Shown piece after piece: positions 1 to 13,663 of a stretch of 64,000 bases of DNA; positions within the stretch are counted from its first letter, which is position 1, and each line of letters begins with the position of its first letter. The translations under genes and the position numbers were made by a program. Under the pieces are notes generated by a model. That model saw only the letters and a list, made by a program, of their open reading frames with translations, searched no databases and was not told where the DNA came from. Where the stretch lies: the NCBI RefSeq assembly GCF_001194135.2, contig NC_069003.1, forward strand, positions 32,562,105 through 32,626,104, given 5' to 3'. This DNA is from Octopus bimaculoides. Lineage: Eukaryota.

Positions 1-124
1 TTTGTAGGTCATTCATGTTGCAGACTCTTCATATTCGGTAGGTCCGAAATTATGCAAATCACCTAAGCCATAAATGTGTTCTACTCTTGTATTTGTCTCA
101 GTCCCTGGGCCACTGGAGATAAAA

Positions 125-184
125 TTGGACAGTTGTCATACTGATGATGACTATTGAGCCTGAAACATGTCCTCAACTGTCCAA
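125..184 (+). ncRNA. Hammerhead-like motif with intact core, degenerate stems
   Basis: TTGGACAGTTG-tcata-CTGATGA-tGACTattgAGCCt-GAAAC-AT-GTC-ct-CAACTGTCCAA; 11-bp outer stem. Confidence 0.45.
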
Positions 185-701
185 CAATAAGCTTGTTCTT
201 AATAGTATATCGACTTTTAAGAATTCATGATTCTTGAGATTATCTTCCTTTTCTAGTGGAAATAGCTTTAATTGCCATTTTGTAATTATTAAACACCCTC
301 CAGAGGCAGAGATAATTTTAAGAAATCAAGACCTTAAAATGCATGGTATTTTATATACCTGTGTTTATCTATGTTGTTAAATACAGCCTCACTGAAATGC
401 ATGACTGCATACTGTTCTCAGTTCTGCTGCCTACACTGCTCTCAGATCCGGTCTTTCTGATGTTATGACTGACTGTCTATCTTACTGATTTAGCTAAATT
501 TAAGCTCAACTGATTTGCAATTAGCAAAATTTGATTCATCAGCAATTTTGCTGACATCTGTCAGTGAATTTGATATGTAGTCGTGTCATTGGCTAATTTT
601 TTTATGACATCATCATTCAGTTTGAAAGATCCTGTTCCTATTTCTGAAAATTGTCCTAAGTAGAAAAGCACAAACCTGGTTTAAATTGAGGCAGAGATCT
701 G

Positions 702-743
<42 letters not shown>

Positions 744-1102
744 TATCATATATATGTGTGCATTTGCATATGTATATAATAGATATTACATATGTAAATA
801 ATAAATATAGATAGTATATATTTAATGTTTGTTATATGTAATACATATACTGTATGTCTTGCATGTATATGTATGTAATAAATATGTTATAAAATATATA
901 TAATGTATATAATATACATATGTACAGACAGATATATAGGCAGGCAGCCTACACTTTACACTGGCGCCATAATTCAGATTGATGTAAAACAAACTCATTA
1001 TATAATATAAGCAGGGGAATGTTCTACATGTTAAAAAAATATATTGTTTTTATTTAATTAGCTCACGTTAATACAAGTTACAAAATTAACGTAAAGTATT
1101 TA

Positions 1103-1307
1103 CAGTAATCCCTCAACTATCGCAAGTGTTGCATTCCAAAACCTCCCACAGAAATAATTAAAATCTAAAAGAATATAAATACTTATCAGTCACAGAAACC
1201 TGGATATACTGAGGAGTCTGTGATATAAATTTACGTATATAAGCCAGAAAAATCCGTGGTGTAATGGGTGCACATTAGGTGAACCACGATATGGCGAGGG
1301 ATTAATC
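1103..1307. mobile_element. Tigger/pogo-like MITE
   Basis: TA-CAGTAATCCCTCAACTATCGC at left and CGATATGGCGAGGGATTAATC-TA at right form imperfect TIRs flanked by TA. Confidence 0.6.
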
Positions 1308-1630
1308 TACATATGTCTATAATCCTACTAAATTAGCGTAAGATAATAAATAACTTAATTATTACTAACGTACGTTGTGAAGATATGGAACAAAATGTTT
1401 ATTTATTTACTTTCCTTTTCATGTTAGGAGTTGCATTTGTAGACTTCCTTTTTACCAGACATGGATGCATTTATTTTAAAAACTTTTATCATTGATAATT
1501 GCAATATGTATTTATCAGATCATTCACTGGCAATTAATATGGGATGACTGAGCTAAACCAAAATCAAGGAAGGGCTCCACTAGGGGTTGCATAAGAAACG
1601 GAGGCCTTTATTTTAACTGATTGTATACAC

Positions 1631-1869
1631 CAGTGTTTTTCAACCATTTTTTTAATCTATGGACTCCTTTGATTCCTATTTCACTTCGATGGACCCCCAC
1701 CCCGGTCATTCATTGTTTAAATCCTATTGTATTTTTATATTTGAATATCATTAGAAATTGTGTAAAATAATTGTTGAAACATTTCGTATATTGTCGAAGT
1801 ACAACCAATTTTATTGCAGATAAATTTTAACTACAAAATCTTTCAGCAGCCCCCTTTTAAGAACCACTG
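1631..1869. mobile_element. hAT-like MITE
   Basis: CAGTGTTTTTCAA...AAGAACCACTG termini; degenerate 8-bp flanks (gtatacac/gtgtagat). Confidence 0.6.
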
Positions 1870-3757
1870 GTGTAGATACAGATATGGAATGTAGTCGGTA
1901 AATACGACAGAGCCTTTCATATACACCTGACACTTCGGGTAAATTGTATGAAAGCATATTTTCACAAGATGGCACATTATATATATCGTAAATAAAAGAA
2001 ACAAAAGAATAATTAAATTTGAAAGCTGTTTGTTTTGTAAAATCAGTATTTTTAATATATTTCAGTCATTAGACTGTGGCCATACTGGAGCACCACCTGT
2101 ATACCTACAAATATTGATGGTGGCCAGGTGAAGAAAGCAGACTCAGAGTGCAGCTGTTGTTGTGCAAGACTTGTTAATTACGTAGCATTGCAGCTGTATC
2201 TAGGCTCAACTTTTATTTGAGATTGGATTTTCTTCTATCTCTGAATCCTTACATTTTGGTAGCTTCTCAATGTTCTCTGTTGAGAGATGTTCTGATCAGA
2301 AGGGGATTGATACATTGTTATTTCTTTCTTATCTCCATCTTCAATAATGAACTTGTTGTTGTTGTTGTTTAGCCCTGGGATAGCTGTGATAGAACAAACT
2401 TATGATCAAAAGCATTTTAGCCATGACCATCTCCGTCTTTTTTTACACTCCATATATTCCAGTAGGTTCTCTTAAGAAATCTTGTAGTCAAAAGGACTTT
2501 GATATGTTGATAGAGATTATTTCATGTCTCTTATCTTTAATAATAGAAGGGGATTATGTTATTGTCATTTAGCAGCAGGACAGTGCTAACCAAAAAGAAA
2601 ACTGTGATCAAAAGTATTCTAGCCATTATTATCCCGTCTTTTTTTTTTTAGGCATTGGTTTATCTAATTATCTTCTATAGTCATTCTTACCTCCCTAATC
2701 TCACTGGATAGTAACTGACCAAGGAGAGCTTTATTTTGTCACTCCTGTCTCCCTATCTTTATTCGTGTGTGTATGTATGTATATTCTGGTGTAGTCTTTG
2801 CATCAGATATTTTCTTTTCCTCTCCAGCATTTGTACTGTTATCTGCAGCTGCCTATTATATTATATTTTCAACCTCTCTACTGCTGTTGTACCAAACTGC
2901 ATTCTTATCCATTACAGCGGAAGCAAATTAGGTACATACAGCATGCCTAATTATCATTCGTTACCATCATCATCATCACTGTCATGAACATTATTATTAC
3001 CATTATTATTATTTGCGGTTTGAGAAATACGTCAAGACTTTGTTTTCTGACATATACAGAAAAAGTGTTCAAGATTAAACAAACGCTGTGCGAAAAAGCA
3101 TTAAATATTTACAGACCCTGGTGTTTCTGTTTTCTGGAACTTATCGTTCTGGGGATTATTTCTTGTCATTTCGTTCTTTAATGTCGTTACTATTTAGTTA
3201 TTGATGTTTTTTTTTTGTTTGTTGTTCTTGTCCTTTTTACTCCATAACCCTCAGCCCCCCCCCCCCACACACACACACACTATTTTGTTTTTACATATTT
3301 ATCTTTGTGCTGCCCTTAACATTGTAAGCCCTTGTGTCCAGGAAAAATCATCGTCATCATCATCATCATAATTGAGAGAAGTGGGCCGACAGAACCGTTA
3401 AATGCTCTGTGGTATTTGTTCCAGCTGTTTACATTCTGAGTTCAAATCCCACCAAAGTCAACTTTACCTTTCATTCTTCTGGTGGTGAGGTTGGGATTAA
3501 TGCAATAAAGGATCAGTCAAGTACTTGGGGTGATGGTATCGACAGAGATCCTCTTCTCAAAATTGTTGACCTTGTGCCAATTAACATCATTATTATTATT
3601 ATTATTATTAAGGCGGTGAGTTGACAGAATTGTTAGCATGCCAGACGAAATGCTTAGTGGTACTTTGTCCATCACTATGTTCTGAGTTCAAATTCTGCTG
3701 AGGTTGACATTGCCTTTCATCCCCCAAATTTCAGGTCTTGTACCTATAATAGAAACG

Positions 3758-3790
<33 letters not shown>

Positions 3791-4436
3791 GTTGTGTGGA
3801 TGCATGGCCTAGTGGTTAAGGTGTTGCACATGAGATTGTGGTTTCAGTTCCTAGACCAGGTGGTACATTGTGTTTTTGAGCAAAACACTTCATCTCATTG
3901 CTTTATGATCACTTCGGCATCTGATGCAAGGTACACCATACACCTGTTCAAGTAATGTTAGTTTGATGGAGGGAATGAGCTAATGTACAGCACATACATT
4001 TGATCACTATAAACAAATCATTTGTGCAGGTCCTTTGGCAAAATCTGAACACTCATATGTCATCTTTGATGGGAGAAGAGTACATCATCATTATCATCAT
4101 CATCTTAGGGTCAATAAAATAAAATAGGGATTGATTTAAGTGACTTACCACCACCCCTAAAATTGCTGTCCTTGTACCAAAATTTGAAATCGTTATGAAG
4201 CTTGTGTTTGGAACATAACAAAGAAATTCTTACATAAAATTATGAGAGAAGGCTTATTTTTAAATAGACACACTAACCCATCAAAATGAACCTAAAAGTA
4301 ATAGACGCTTCCTAAAATGCCCCCATTGTAGAATCGAACCTTAACTCATGTAATTTCAATGTAAACTTTTTGACCACACAGCCATACCTCATATATTATC
4401 CTGAAACACATTTTTTTTTTTCTTGTATTTCCGCAG

Positions 4437-4561
4437 GTTGATAATTTTGGATTTGGCATTGCTGTAAGTGGTGGTCGAGACAATCCACATTTCGACAATG
4501 GAGACCCCTCTATAGCTATTTGTGATGTCCTTAAAGCAGGCCCTGCTGAAGGAAAGCTGCA
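4437..4561 (+). CDS. ZO-1: ZO-1 exon, PDZ1 N-half
   Basis: ttccgcag|GTT...CTG CA|gtaagt; encodes [42 protein letters not shown]; phase 0 to 2. Confidence 0.96.
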
Positions 4562-4719
4562 GTAAGTTAGCTATCTGCTTTTACACCTGGCCCTCTTTGA
4601 TTTCAACAGTCGATACTGTTCAAAGTTATTAAACATGTTGTTTTCAATCAATAATTTCAGTGGCATGCATACACACATGTATGCATACACAAACACACAC
4701 ATATACATACATACATATG

Positions 4720-4780
<61 letters not shown>

Positions 4781-5150
4781 CTGTCTATGTACATATACAC
4801 ACATATGCATGCATATATACTCATACGCCCATCAATATAGACACATTTTATGTAATTATTTTACTTTATACTTAATGTTTTCAATTATTTTTTTTTTACT
4901 GCATTATTTAATTTTCTTTTCTTTTTCTTTTTTTTTTTACTTAATTATTATTAAATTGGAAACCATTTTAGGATATGAAAAAATAGCTTGCATTTAGATA
5001 ATTGAAATGGTTTAATTTTAGTGGAAGTTTTTCTATTACCATTTTAATAGGATTTTAATAACATTTGTACAACTGCTTTGTTTGACACTGATTTCCTCTC
5101 TCTCTCTCTCTCTCTCTCATTGGTTTTTTTTTTTTTATAAATTATTTCAG

Positions 5151-5253
5151 AATTAATGATCGAGTGATTAGTGTAAATGGTTTATCGTTGGAGAATGTAG
5201 ACTACAATACTGCTGTAACTTTACTAAAAGAGAGTGGAAAAACTGCCCATTTG
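5151..5253 (+). CDS. ZO-1: ZO-1 exon, PDZ1 C-half
   Basis: atttcag|A ATT AAT GAT...CAT TTG|gtgagt; encodes INDRVISVNGLSLENVDYNTAVTLLKESGKTAHL; phase 2 to 0. Confidence 0.96.
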
Positions 5254-5328
5254 GTGAGTTTCTGTTTGTTTGTCATATAATTAAACAGAGGAAATTAAGA
5301 TGTTGTCTTAATGACCTTATTGAATTAA

Positions 5329-5568
5329 CCTTTTGCCCCTTCAAAGCACTTTCATAAGTTTGTCCTAAATATCCTTACTTATCTATTTTCAGACTTATAG
5401 TTAGCCCCCATTTCATACATTCTCAGTAATATAAAGCTTTCCTTTCATGAGTCCCAAGTTACCCTGGTGGTTGAAAAGATTTTAGAATGTGTAAGCATAT
5501 ATAATGCATGGACCCTAGGGAAATATATGTCCTGTATAGCACATGAGATACGCAGTACAAGCAAAGGG
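5329..5568. mobile_element. TTAA-flanked MITE (piggyBac-like)
   Basis: TTAA|CCTTTTG...CAAAGGG|TTAA. Confidence 0.6.
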
Positions 5569-5816
5569 TTAATGCAAAAATTAATGATTTCTTTCTTGGG
5601 AAAATTGAAATGGGGACAGTTACAGCAGTAAGACTGAGAAGCTTGCATTGCAGTTACCATATGTTTTCCAGTTCAATTCCTCCAATACTAATCATGGTGG
5701 CCCTGCCAAAAAAATTTCATGAATGTTAACCATGTTAACAAGTAACAATTTGTACGTGTGTGTCTGATTTTGTGTGATAAAGCTTTGATATTTATTTGCA
5801 TTTGTTTCTTGATCAG

Positions 5817-5907
5817 GTGATACGACGGAAAGCCATTCAAACTTCTTCTTCGGAATGGGAATCTCAGCCCATAAAACTTACGCTTTCCAAGAAAAATAGA
5901 AAAGACG
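5817..5907 (+). CDS. ZO-1: ZO-1 exon, end of PDZ1, short linker, start of PDZ2
   Basis: gatcag|GTG ATA CGA...GAC G|gtaaat; encodes VIRRKAIQTSSSEWESQPIKLTLSKKNRKD; phase 0 to 1. Confidence 0.92.
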
Positions 5908-6317
5908 GTAAATATACATTCTTTCTTTATTTCTATTTCTCCGGACATTTTTCAATGTAATGAAGATGGGGTTGTTGGATTCTTTCTTAGTCATATTATT
6001 TTATGGGAGAGAAACGGGGGAAGAGATATAAGAGGAAAAGAAAGAAAGAAAGAAAGAGAGGATTGGAAGAAAAAAGAGGAAGAGAAAGGAGGAAAGTGAG
6101 ATATATAGAAAAAGTAAGCAAGAAATAGAGAGAGATAGTTGCCTTGACTTCATCTTGCCACTGAACATGTTGTTCAAGGCTGAGAGAGTGTTTGTGCTTT
6201 CATTTGTGCATCTCTTTCACACTATAAAAAAAAAGAAGATAAAAGGAAAGAAAAAAACCTTCTGCTAATCTGTCATCTACTTTGACCATTGTCAATTAAA
6301 ATTAATAAGTGAACTAT

Positions 6318-6349
<32 letters not shown>

Positions 6350-9300
6350 GATGTAGTATATAAAAGCGACTTGAATCTGAGCTGTGCCATATTAATATAT
6401 TAACGTATTGTTGTATTGAAACAATTGTAGATACAGAGTTAGAAATAATACCATAAGCTCCAATCTTGATATANNNNNNNNNNNNNNNNNNNNNNNNNNN
6501 NNNNNNNNNNNNNNNNNNNNNNNNNNNNNNNNNNNNNNNNNNNNNNNNNNNNNNNNNNNNNNNNNNNNNNNNNNNNNNNNNNNNNNNNNNNNNNNNNNNN
6601 NNNNNNNNNNNNNNNNNNNNNNNNNNNNNNNNNNNNNNNNNNNNNNNNNNNNNNNNNNNNNNNNNNNNNNNNNNNNNNNNNNNNNNNNNNNNNNNNNNNN
6701 NNNNNNNNNNNNNNNNNNNNNNNNNNNNNNNNNNNNNNNNNNNNNNNNNNNNNNNNNNNNNNNNNNNNATACACACATATAGGTATGTGTATATATATAT
6801 ATATATATATATCCACATATATTTGTGTGTGTGTGTGTGTGTAGATGCTTCTCACAACAACATTACAAGCTGCCTTTTTAAGCTTACATTAAATCATTCT
6901 GGATTCCATCACTATTACAAAGTCAGGTTATCGTAATTTATCAGAACCCCACACACACACACACACACACCAGAATCTTCAATTCCAGTTCCAATATCCT
7001 AAACATATCAGTCTTTTATTTATAAATACGCTAACATCCAAACATACCAGTCTGCAAAGCTAGTGATGCGTGATAAATTTTGTTTGTAACACTATAGATA
7101 CATATATTTTCTTGTTACACAAACACACAATGGTTCACTGCCTCTTTGGAAACAAATTTTGTTTATAATTTTGCTACATTGTTGCTGCTGTTATTGTCGA
7201 TGTCTTTGTCATTGTTCAAGCCAATGTTAGCCCTGGGCAAGCAAACCTACGATTGTGAGTTCCAGCCATGACTACTACAACTTGTTGTTGTTGTTGTTGA
7301 GCTTACGGCAAACTTATGCTCAAATTTGTTCCAGCTGTGATCACTATGATTTGCTGCTGTTATTGTTTAACCCCAGGTCATCGTGGTGAAGGTTATTAAC
7401 AACTACACTTGCATGGTTAAACAGATTATTTTGCAGATGTGTAGTTTTAAGATCAGTTTGATTGCGCAGTGATACTTTCGGTAATTAATGACTTCTACCC
7501 TAACCATGGGCTGATAATTACCTTGTGAGTAAAATTTGGTAGGCAGAGCTATATGGGTACCCCATTATATCTACTTACATTCACACATGCATTCATACAT
7601 ATACACATACACACACATGCATATTGCTAAAACAATATGTATTTGTCTAACCCATACTAGCATCGAAAAACAGACATAAAAATGGACACTGTGTGTATGT
7701 GTGTGTGTATTAGATTGTTAGTAGATTGGTGCATCAAACAAAAAGATTTTGCAGTATTTTGACATTAAGTTAATACCTTTACATCAAGGTGAACTTAAAC
7801 ATTCATTAAATAGATATCAGTAAACTAAGTACCTAAGAGACTGGGGGGGGGGGTTATAATAATCTTAAAAATATATATATATATATCCTCAAAGATAGTG
7901 CCTCAGCATGGTCACGGTCCAAAAACTGAAACCTGTAGAAGAATGAAAGAGCAGAATTAAATTGGTCTGCCACAAGGATTTCACTTCTACTGGTAGTGTA
8001 AATTAATGGTTAATAAATCACTGATGTTGCAAATAGTTGGTGGGCTGAATAAAAATTCTTTATTATATATTCCCCTTCTTATTTTCCTTACTAAGGATTG
8101 TGCTAATTACATTAGTTTCCTCTTTCTTAAGGCAAACTAATTCCACTTTTGAATTAATTTGCTGACATAGGCCACTACTAGTTATCTTGGACTCTACTGT
8201 TTACTTGGGTAAAATAAGTTGATCCCTTCTAATATAATTCATTGTCAACAATAAGATAAAGACAATTATTGATCCATGGTCATGGAAATAATCCCTTCTG
8301 TGACATCTGGAAGAAGTGTCCTCAGAGGTTTGCATTTTAACATACATTGATTGGTTCTACTCGGCTCATCTCATTGCACTTAGAGTATAAGAAGATTTAG
8401 AAGATTGCCTTCACAATCTTTTCTACTTCAGTTTTGGTTGCAGACATAGTCATGTGTTTCAGAGTTGTGCAATCATGTAGTTCCGGATTTGATTCCAGTG
8501 TGTGACACTCTGAACAAGTGACTTCTGCTATTGCTTTGGGCTGAGTGGAATTTTGTTTGATGGAAACAGTGTAGGAGTCTATCATACATGCATTTCTGTA
8601 TATATATATATATATACATGTATATATGTTTGTGTGTGTGTGTGGCATGTGATGTATAACAGAGAAAGATATAAACAGTAAGAAAAATAATATAAACCAG
8701 TGTTTTTAAAATTAAGTCTCTTGTGGTGTTTGTTCTGCCTGAGTTACATAGACAGTCCCTGTGAAATTTCAGTGAGGCAGTGATTGTCCCATTGGAAACC
8801 ACTAACCAACAACTGTATTTATTGTTCACAAAATGCAATATGAAATAAATATGATCGCCATTGTTTTCTTCTGATTTATGGTATGCCTAAATCTTAAGCA
8901 CTAATCCTTAAAAGTGCACCGGATTCTGTCACATTAACATTGCTGCTTCGCTTTTAAGAACACAGTGGATTCAGTAAATTTGGATAAATTCTTATGCCAC
9001 AGGGAGACAAGAATCCTAATGTTTGAAGCAAAGCCCGTTGTTGGAGAGAGAAATTTCTTTTCTTTTCCAGAAATTTACTAATTTTACCAAATAATGTTTA
9101 CCAACACAGAACATTATTACTTTTTTTTCGGAGACTCTGCTTTTATTTTAAGATCTTAATGGCCAGTATTGGAAAATAATATTTTTTATATATTCCTTAT
9201 ACAGTTTTTTTTTTATGTTTGTTTTGTTTTCACAAGAAAAATAACTTCTATTGTCAATATATCAAACTTACTTTTACATCAGAAGTGTAAAGCCTCGTAT

Positions 9301-9959
9301 AGACACTGAGTACTAGAAATGACAACCAAATACTCCCCAAATCATACATTATAGGGTGTTCATGCTAAATTTCAGTTTGTATAAAAGGATAAGAAAAAGT
9401 AAGAGTATTTTGAATTAAAAAATATGAACAAGGTTATGGCTGTGGCATAACGGTTTACTCAGAGTTACCACTGTCAGTTTCCATCATGGCTTTGAAACAG
9501 GCCAGAACCTAGCACATGTATTTCTCACTGTATCCCTGAGATCTTCAAATGCAGTGTTTTGGTGATTGGGCCATTACAAACATGTAACCAGTGAATCTGT
9601 TGTTCACAAACTGCAAAATGAAAAGAGGGGGCAAAAAAAATGGACAATAGACCAGGAATCCTTGAAGTTGGCCCCCCAAAATAACTACAATCCAAAGACA
9701 GAAACTTAGTAAAAAAAATAAAGGGAGTGAGTTGCTAAGAAAATAATTCTGGTTTAAGTTCTCTAAATTTGTTTCTCCTCCTCCTCCTCCTCTTCCCAAT
9801 TTTCTACTAATTCTGGTGGTTTCTAAAATTATTTCTGTTAATAATTAGATTTTTTAAAAGAAGCGAATCTGATATCGTACAGAATCAATTTGTCTCCAGC
9901 CTTCAGTGAAACAATTTGTCAAAATGTAAACACATACATATATATATGTGTATACGCAT

Positions 9960-9992
<33 letters not shown>

Positions 9993-10589
9993 CACACATA
10001 CACACACACACACACATGCATATATATTATATATACACATATATCTATATGTGTGCACACACATATATATATGTACATATTTATATACATGCATACACAC
10101 ACACATACTCACACACACATTTATATATATAAATGAATGTTTTTTGAGAAGATAATTTAATAAAAAATGAAATTGATAAAAATCTTTGTCAATAATGAAA
10201 AAAGCAAAAAAAAAGCCAAGAAAAAAATCAATATCATATTTCCTCTTCTTATCCCAATGGCGAGACAATATACAATACGATGTTAATTCTAGCAAAGAGA
10301 AAGTAAATTACATTTAAGAGAACATATGTATTTATTTCTTTGAAAATGTCTATTTCCTGTGCTTTGTTTCAATAATTATTCAAATTCACTGTGTGGGTGT
10401 GTGTAAGTGTGTGTGTGGGTGTGTGTGTGATTATTTCTGAGAAATTCAGGCATGTATTTTCAAGCATCTACGAGAGTTGAACTGGATTTAATGCTACATA
10501 ACTTAATATAACATGTAGACTAACTGAATAGAAAAACATAATTCATTTAAAAAATATATCTAGTATCTTGTCTGTCTGTCAATCTTTCT

Positions 10590-10965
10590 GCACATGGCCT
10601 AATGCAGTGGTTCCCAGCCTGTGGTCCGCACACCCCTGGTGGTCTGCAAAGGTAGTGCTGGGGGTCTGTGAACTAAACTCAAAATTTCATACATATATAT
10701 ATATATATATAATTAAGGATAAGCATATTAAAAGGGGTCTGTGGGGAAACCCATTTAAATAAAAGGGGTCCTTGGTAGTGAAAAGACTGGGGAACCACTG
10801 GCCCAGTGGTTAGGGTTTTTTACACTCATGGTCGCAAGATCATGGTTTCCATTTCTAGACTGATGTGTTCTGTTCTTCAGCAAAACCTTTTCTTTCACAT
10901 TATTCCATTTCATTCAGCTGTAAAATAGGTAACTCTGTGACAGACTGGAATCGGATCACATTCAG
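10590..10965 (+). mobile_element. tRNA-derived SINE interrupted by the hAT MITE; related heads at 3795-4105 and 21868-22090
   Basis: tggcc.agtggttagg A box, tcatggttt B-box region, and a core (ttcagcaaaac...cattcagctgtaaaa) shared with 21868-22090. Confidence 0.65.
10605..10800. mobile_element. hAT-like MITE (196 bp) with 8-bp TSD, inserted in a SINE A box
   Basis: CAGTGGTTCCCAGCCT...AGACTGGGGAACCACTG TIRs; TSD gcctaatg (10597-10604) / gcccagtg (10801-10808). Confidence 0.8.
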
Positions 10966-11346
10966 AGTGAATGTTAGCTTGACTGCCTAACCAGCAGAGT
11001 GGCATCAATCAAAAGCTACAACAGTGCAAAGAAGCGCATTGTGATCAGCAGTGTATTACCACAGCTGATAGTTGAGTCAGTACAGTGATGTGATGTGTTA
11101 TAACTATATATATATATATATACACACCTTATAGAAAATAGTCTAATGCTGGGACATATAAACCCTTGATAGAAAAAAAACAACGGGCATTAGTACACAT
11201 GGGAAATGAACTAATGCCCCCTTTTTTTCCACATCAAGGGCTTATCTACCCCAATATCAGACTATTTTCTATAGTCAATATATGATGAAAGTTTATGAGC
11301 TTAAGCCTATATTTACAAAATTTCCTCACGCCACCATTTCTTAACT

Positions 11347-11420
<74 letters not shown>

Positions 11421-13663
11421 TGAATATTAACAACTCATTTTATTGCATAATTCTACAATTGTTTCATTGACACTCTACCAAAAGTTTATTGCTAGAATTA
11501 TTATGTAATACACAAACTGATGCTTCAAATCAATATCATTCAAGCAATGCTGGAAAATATCAGCTCTTCAGGTCTTTGTATAAATCAGTATTATATAATA
11601 ATATTCCAGCAATAAACTTCCAGTGATGCATTAAAGAAACAATTGTATAATTATGCAATAAAATGAGTTGCTCACTGTCCACCTTGTTAATGTTTATATA
11701 AATTCAAAGGATATTTATGGATTTTCATGTATCTCATCAGTGAAGCAATCCATTTTGTTGGATGATAGTATCTGATAGCTGATATTTGTTGACAGGTTTT
11801 ATAATGTAAACTCAAAATAGAATTTACATACAAGTGAGTGGTCAAACGAAAGTGGCATTTAATGCATTTGGTAGGATATATTTTTCAATAACAAACAGTT
11901 TGACTTAAGCTCCATATGACTTAGTGTTTTGTGGACATGTAGGATGTGTCCATTCCATCAGAAATCAGGAGCTGAGTCAAACATGTATATTATATGTACA
12001 CATACATGCACATGTATTTGTCTTTATCTGTATGAGAAATAGAGACAGTGGTGTAGATAAACATGTTTGGGTCTGAATATATAAAATATACATATATGCA
12101 TGTAAATGTCTATATATATATATATATATATAAGGATATCTACAGAGAGAAGCAAAAATTGAAAATACTTAGAAGATAAACACTCATGTATAAGCATATA
12201 GAAATTTATAAATCTATGAGAAGTGCAAACAATATCAAAAGCTAAGGAAAGAAGGCATAGCATTTTAAGTCCAACAGCTCTTTCTGGGGGGCTTGAAATT
12301 ACATAATAGTTGTAATGTTCATACTTGGCAGATCGAGTGTACAAAAATTTAAGAATATGCAACCATTAGAAGATGCACATAAACATTGCCATAACACTAG
12401 CCCCCTTCGTCAGGGTGGAAAGATTGCCAACTAGCTGATATACATGTGTATGTGTGTTCATTCATTCCATTCCCTCCACTCTTGTTAACACTTACACAGG
12501 CCATAAGAGCTTTGACAAAAGTCCCATGAGTTTCAGTTTATCCATGACTGATCTAGAACTTACATCATTACACAATGTTCACCACCACCACCACTTTTTT
12601 TTAAAACCTTTTAAAGTGTGATTTGACAGAGATTTAGCTGCTATTTCTAGTATGTCCAATGACCTCATAGAAGCTTCCTTGTTGGCTCAATTGTTTCAGT
12701 TATTTAAGATTATGAAGAATTGTCTATTTCTGTTTCTGAATCTAAGGAAATAGCAAGGTTTTGATGCCAACATTTCCTGGAATAAATATATTTTTTCTTT
12801 ATTTTTTAAAATTATTTTTGTTACTTTTAACAATCTTATTGTTACATTCAATATCATGGAAATACTATGGCTAAATTTATAGGAATTTTTTATTCTTTTT
12901 TGAAAAAGGTTTGGAATTTTGTTTTATTTTATATTCTAAAAGAAGCATTTGGCAAATGTTCAAAACTTGCGTCTCATATTGCCATTATTTGGGGGTTTTC
13001 TTCTTCTTCCCCATATTTTAAAAAATTTTCCTTTGTTGGTTTTTTTTTGTATTATTTTTTGTTTTTTTCTTGTTGTTTTTTTCTCCACTGCAGGATGTAA
13101 ATTTGTGTGAAAACTTAAGACTTCAATTTTTGGCTCTTTTATGATGAGATATTTTTATTTAATAACATCACCTACACTACCATAGTGTACACACTACTAT
13201 CTATTTCCTAAATACACTAATAATAGCTTGATCTCTCAAAGGACTTGCTAGAAATTAATATATTAGTATTTTGTTACCAGCAACCAAAATTTTATGTAAA
13301 TTTGATTTAAATTTGTACAAACATGTCAGACTTTAATTTTCGGCTTTTATGAAAAGATGTTTCCATTTAATAATATAGTTGACATTCAGCCTGGGACTGT
13401 AGTAGAAGACATGTAACATGTTGGGCAAGTTTCTTTTGTTATAGCCTTGGGCCAACCAAAGCTTTGTGAATGGAAACTGAAAATAGCCTCTTGTAATGTA
13501 TACGCATGTATGTATATAAGTGTGTGCGTGTGTGTGTGTATATATATATATATTATCTGAAGCAGTTTGATTCAATTCCCTGCTATTTCAAGTTTCGCAG
13601 ACCCCCTAACAGGAGCCTGACGCCATGAGGCTTTAGATTGCTGAATGTATATATGTTTAGTTG

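Noticed and set aside
12380-12425. Another hammerhead (CTGACGA on the - strand)
   Set aside because: No GAAA core or stem II follows.
13070-13140. Strong acceptor ttctccactgcag as an extra exon
   Set aside because: The required phase-1 frame hits TGA within six codons and no donor is nearby.
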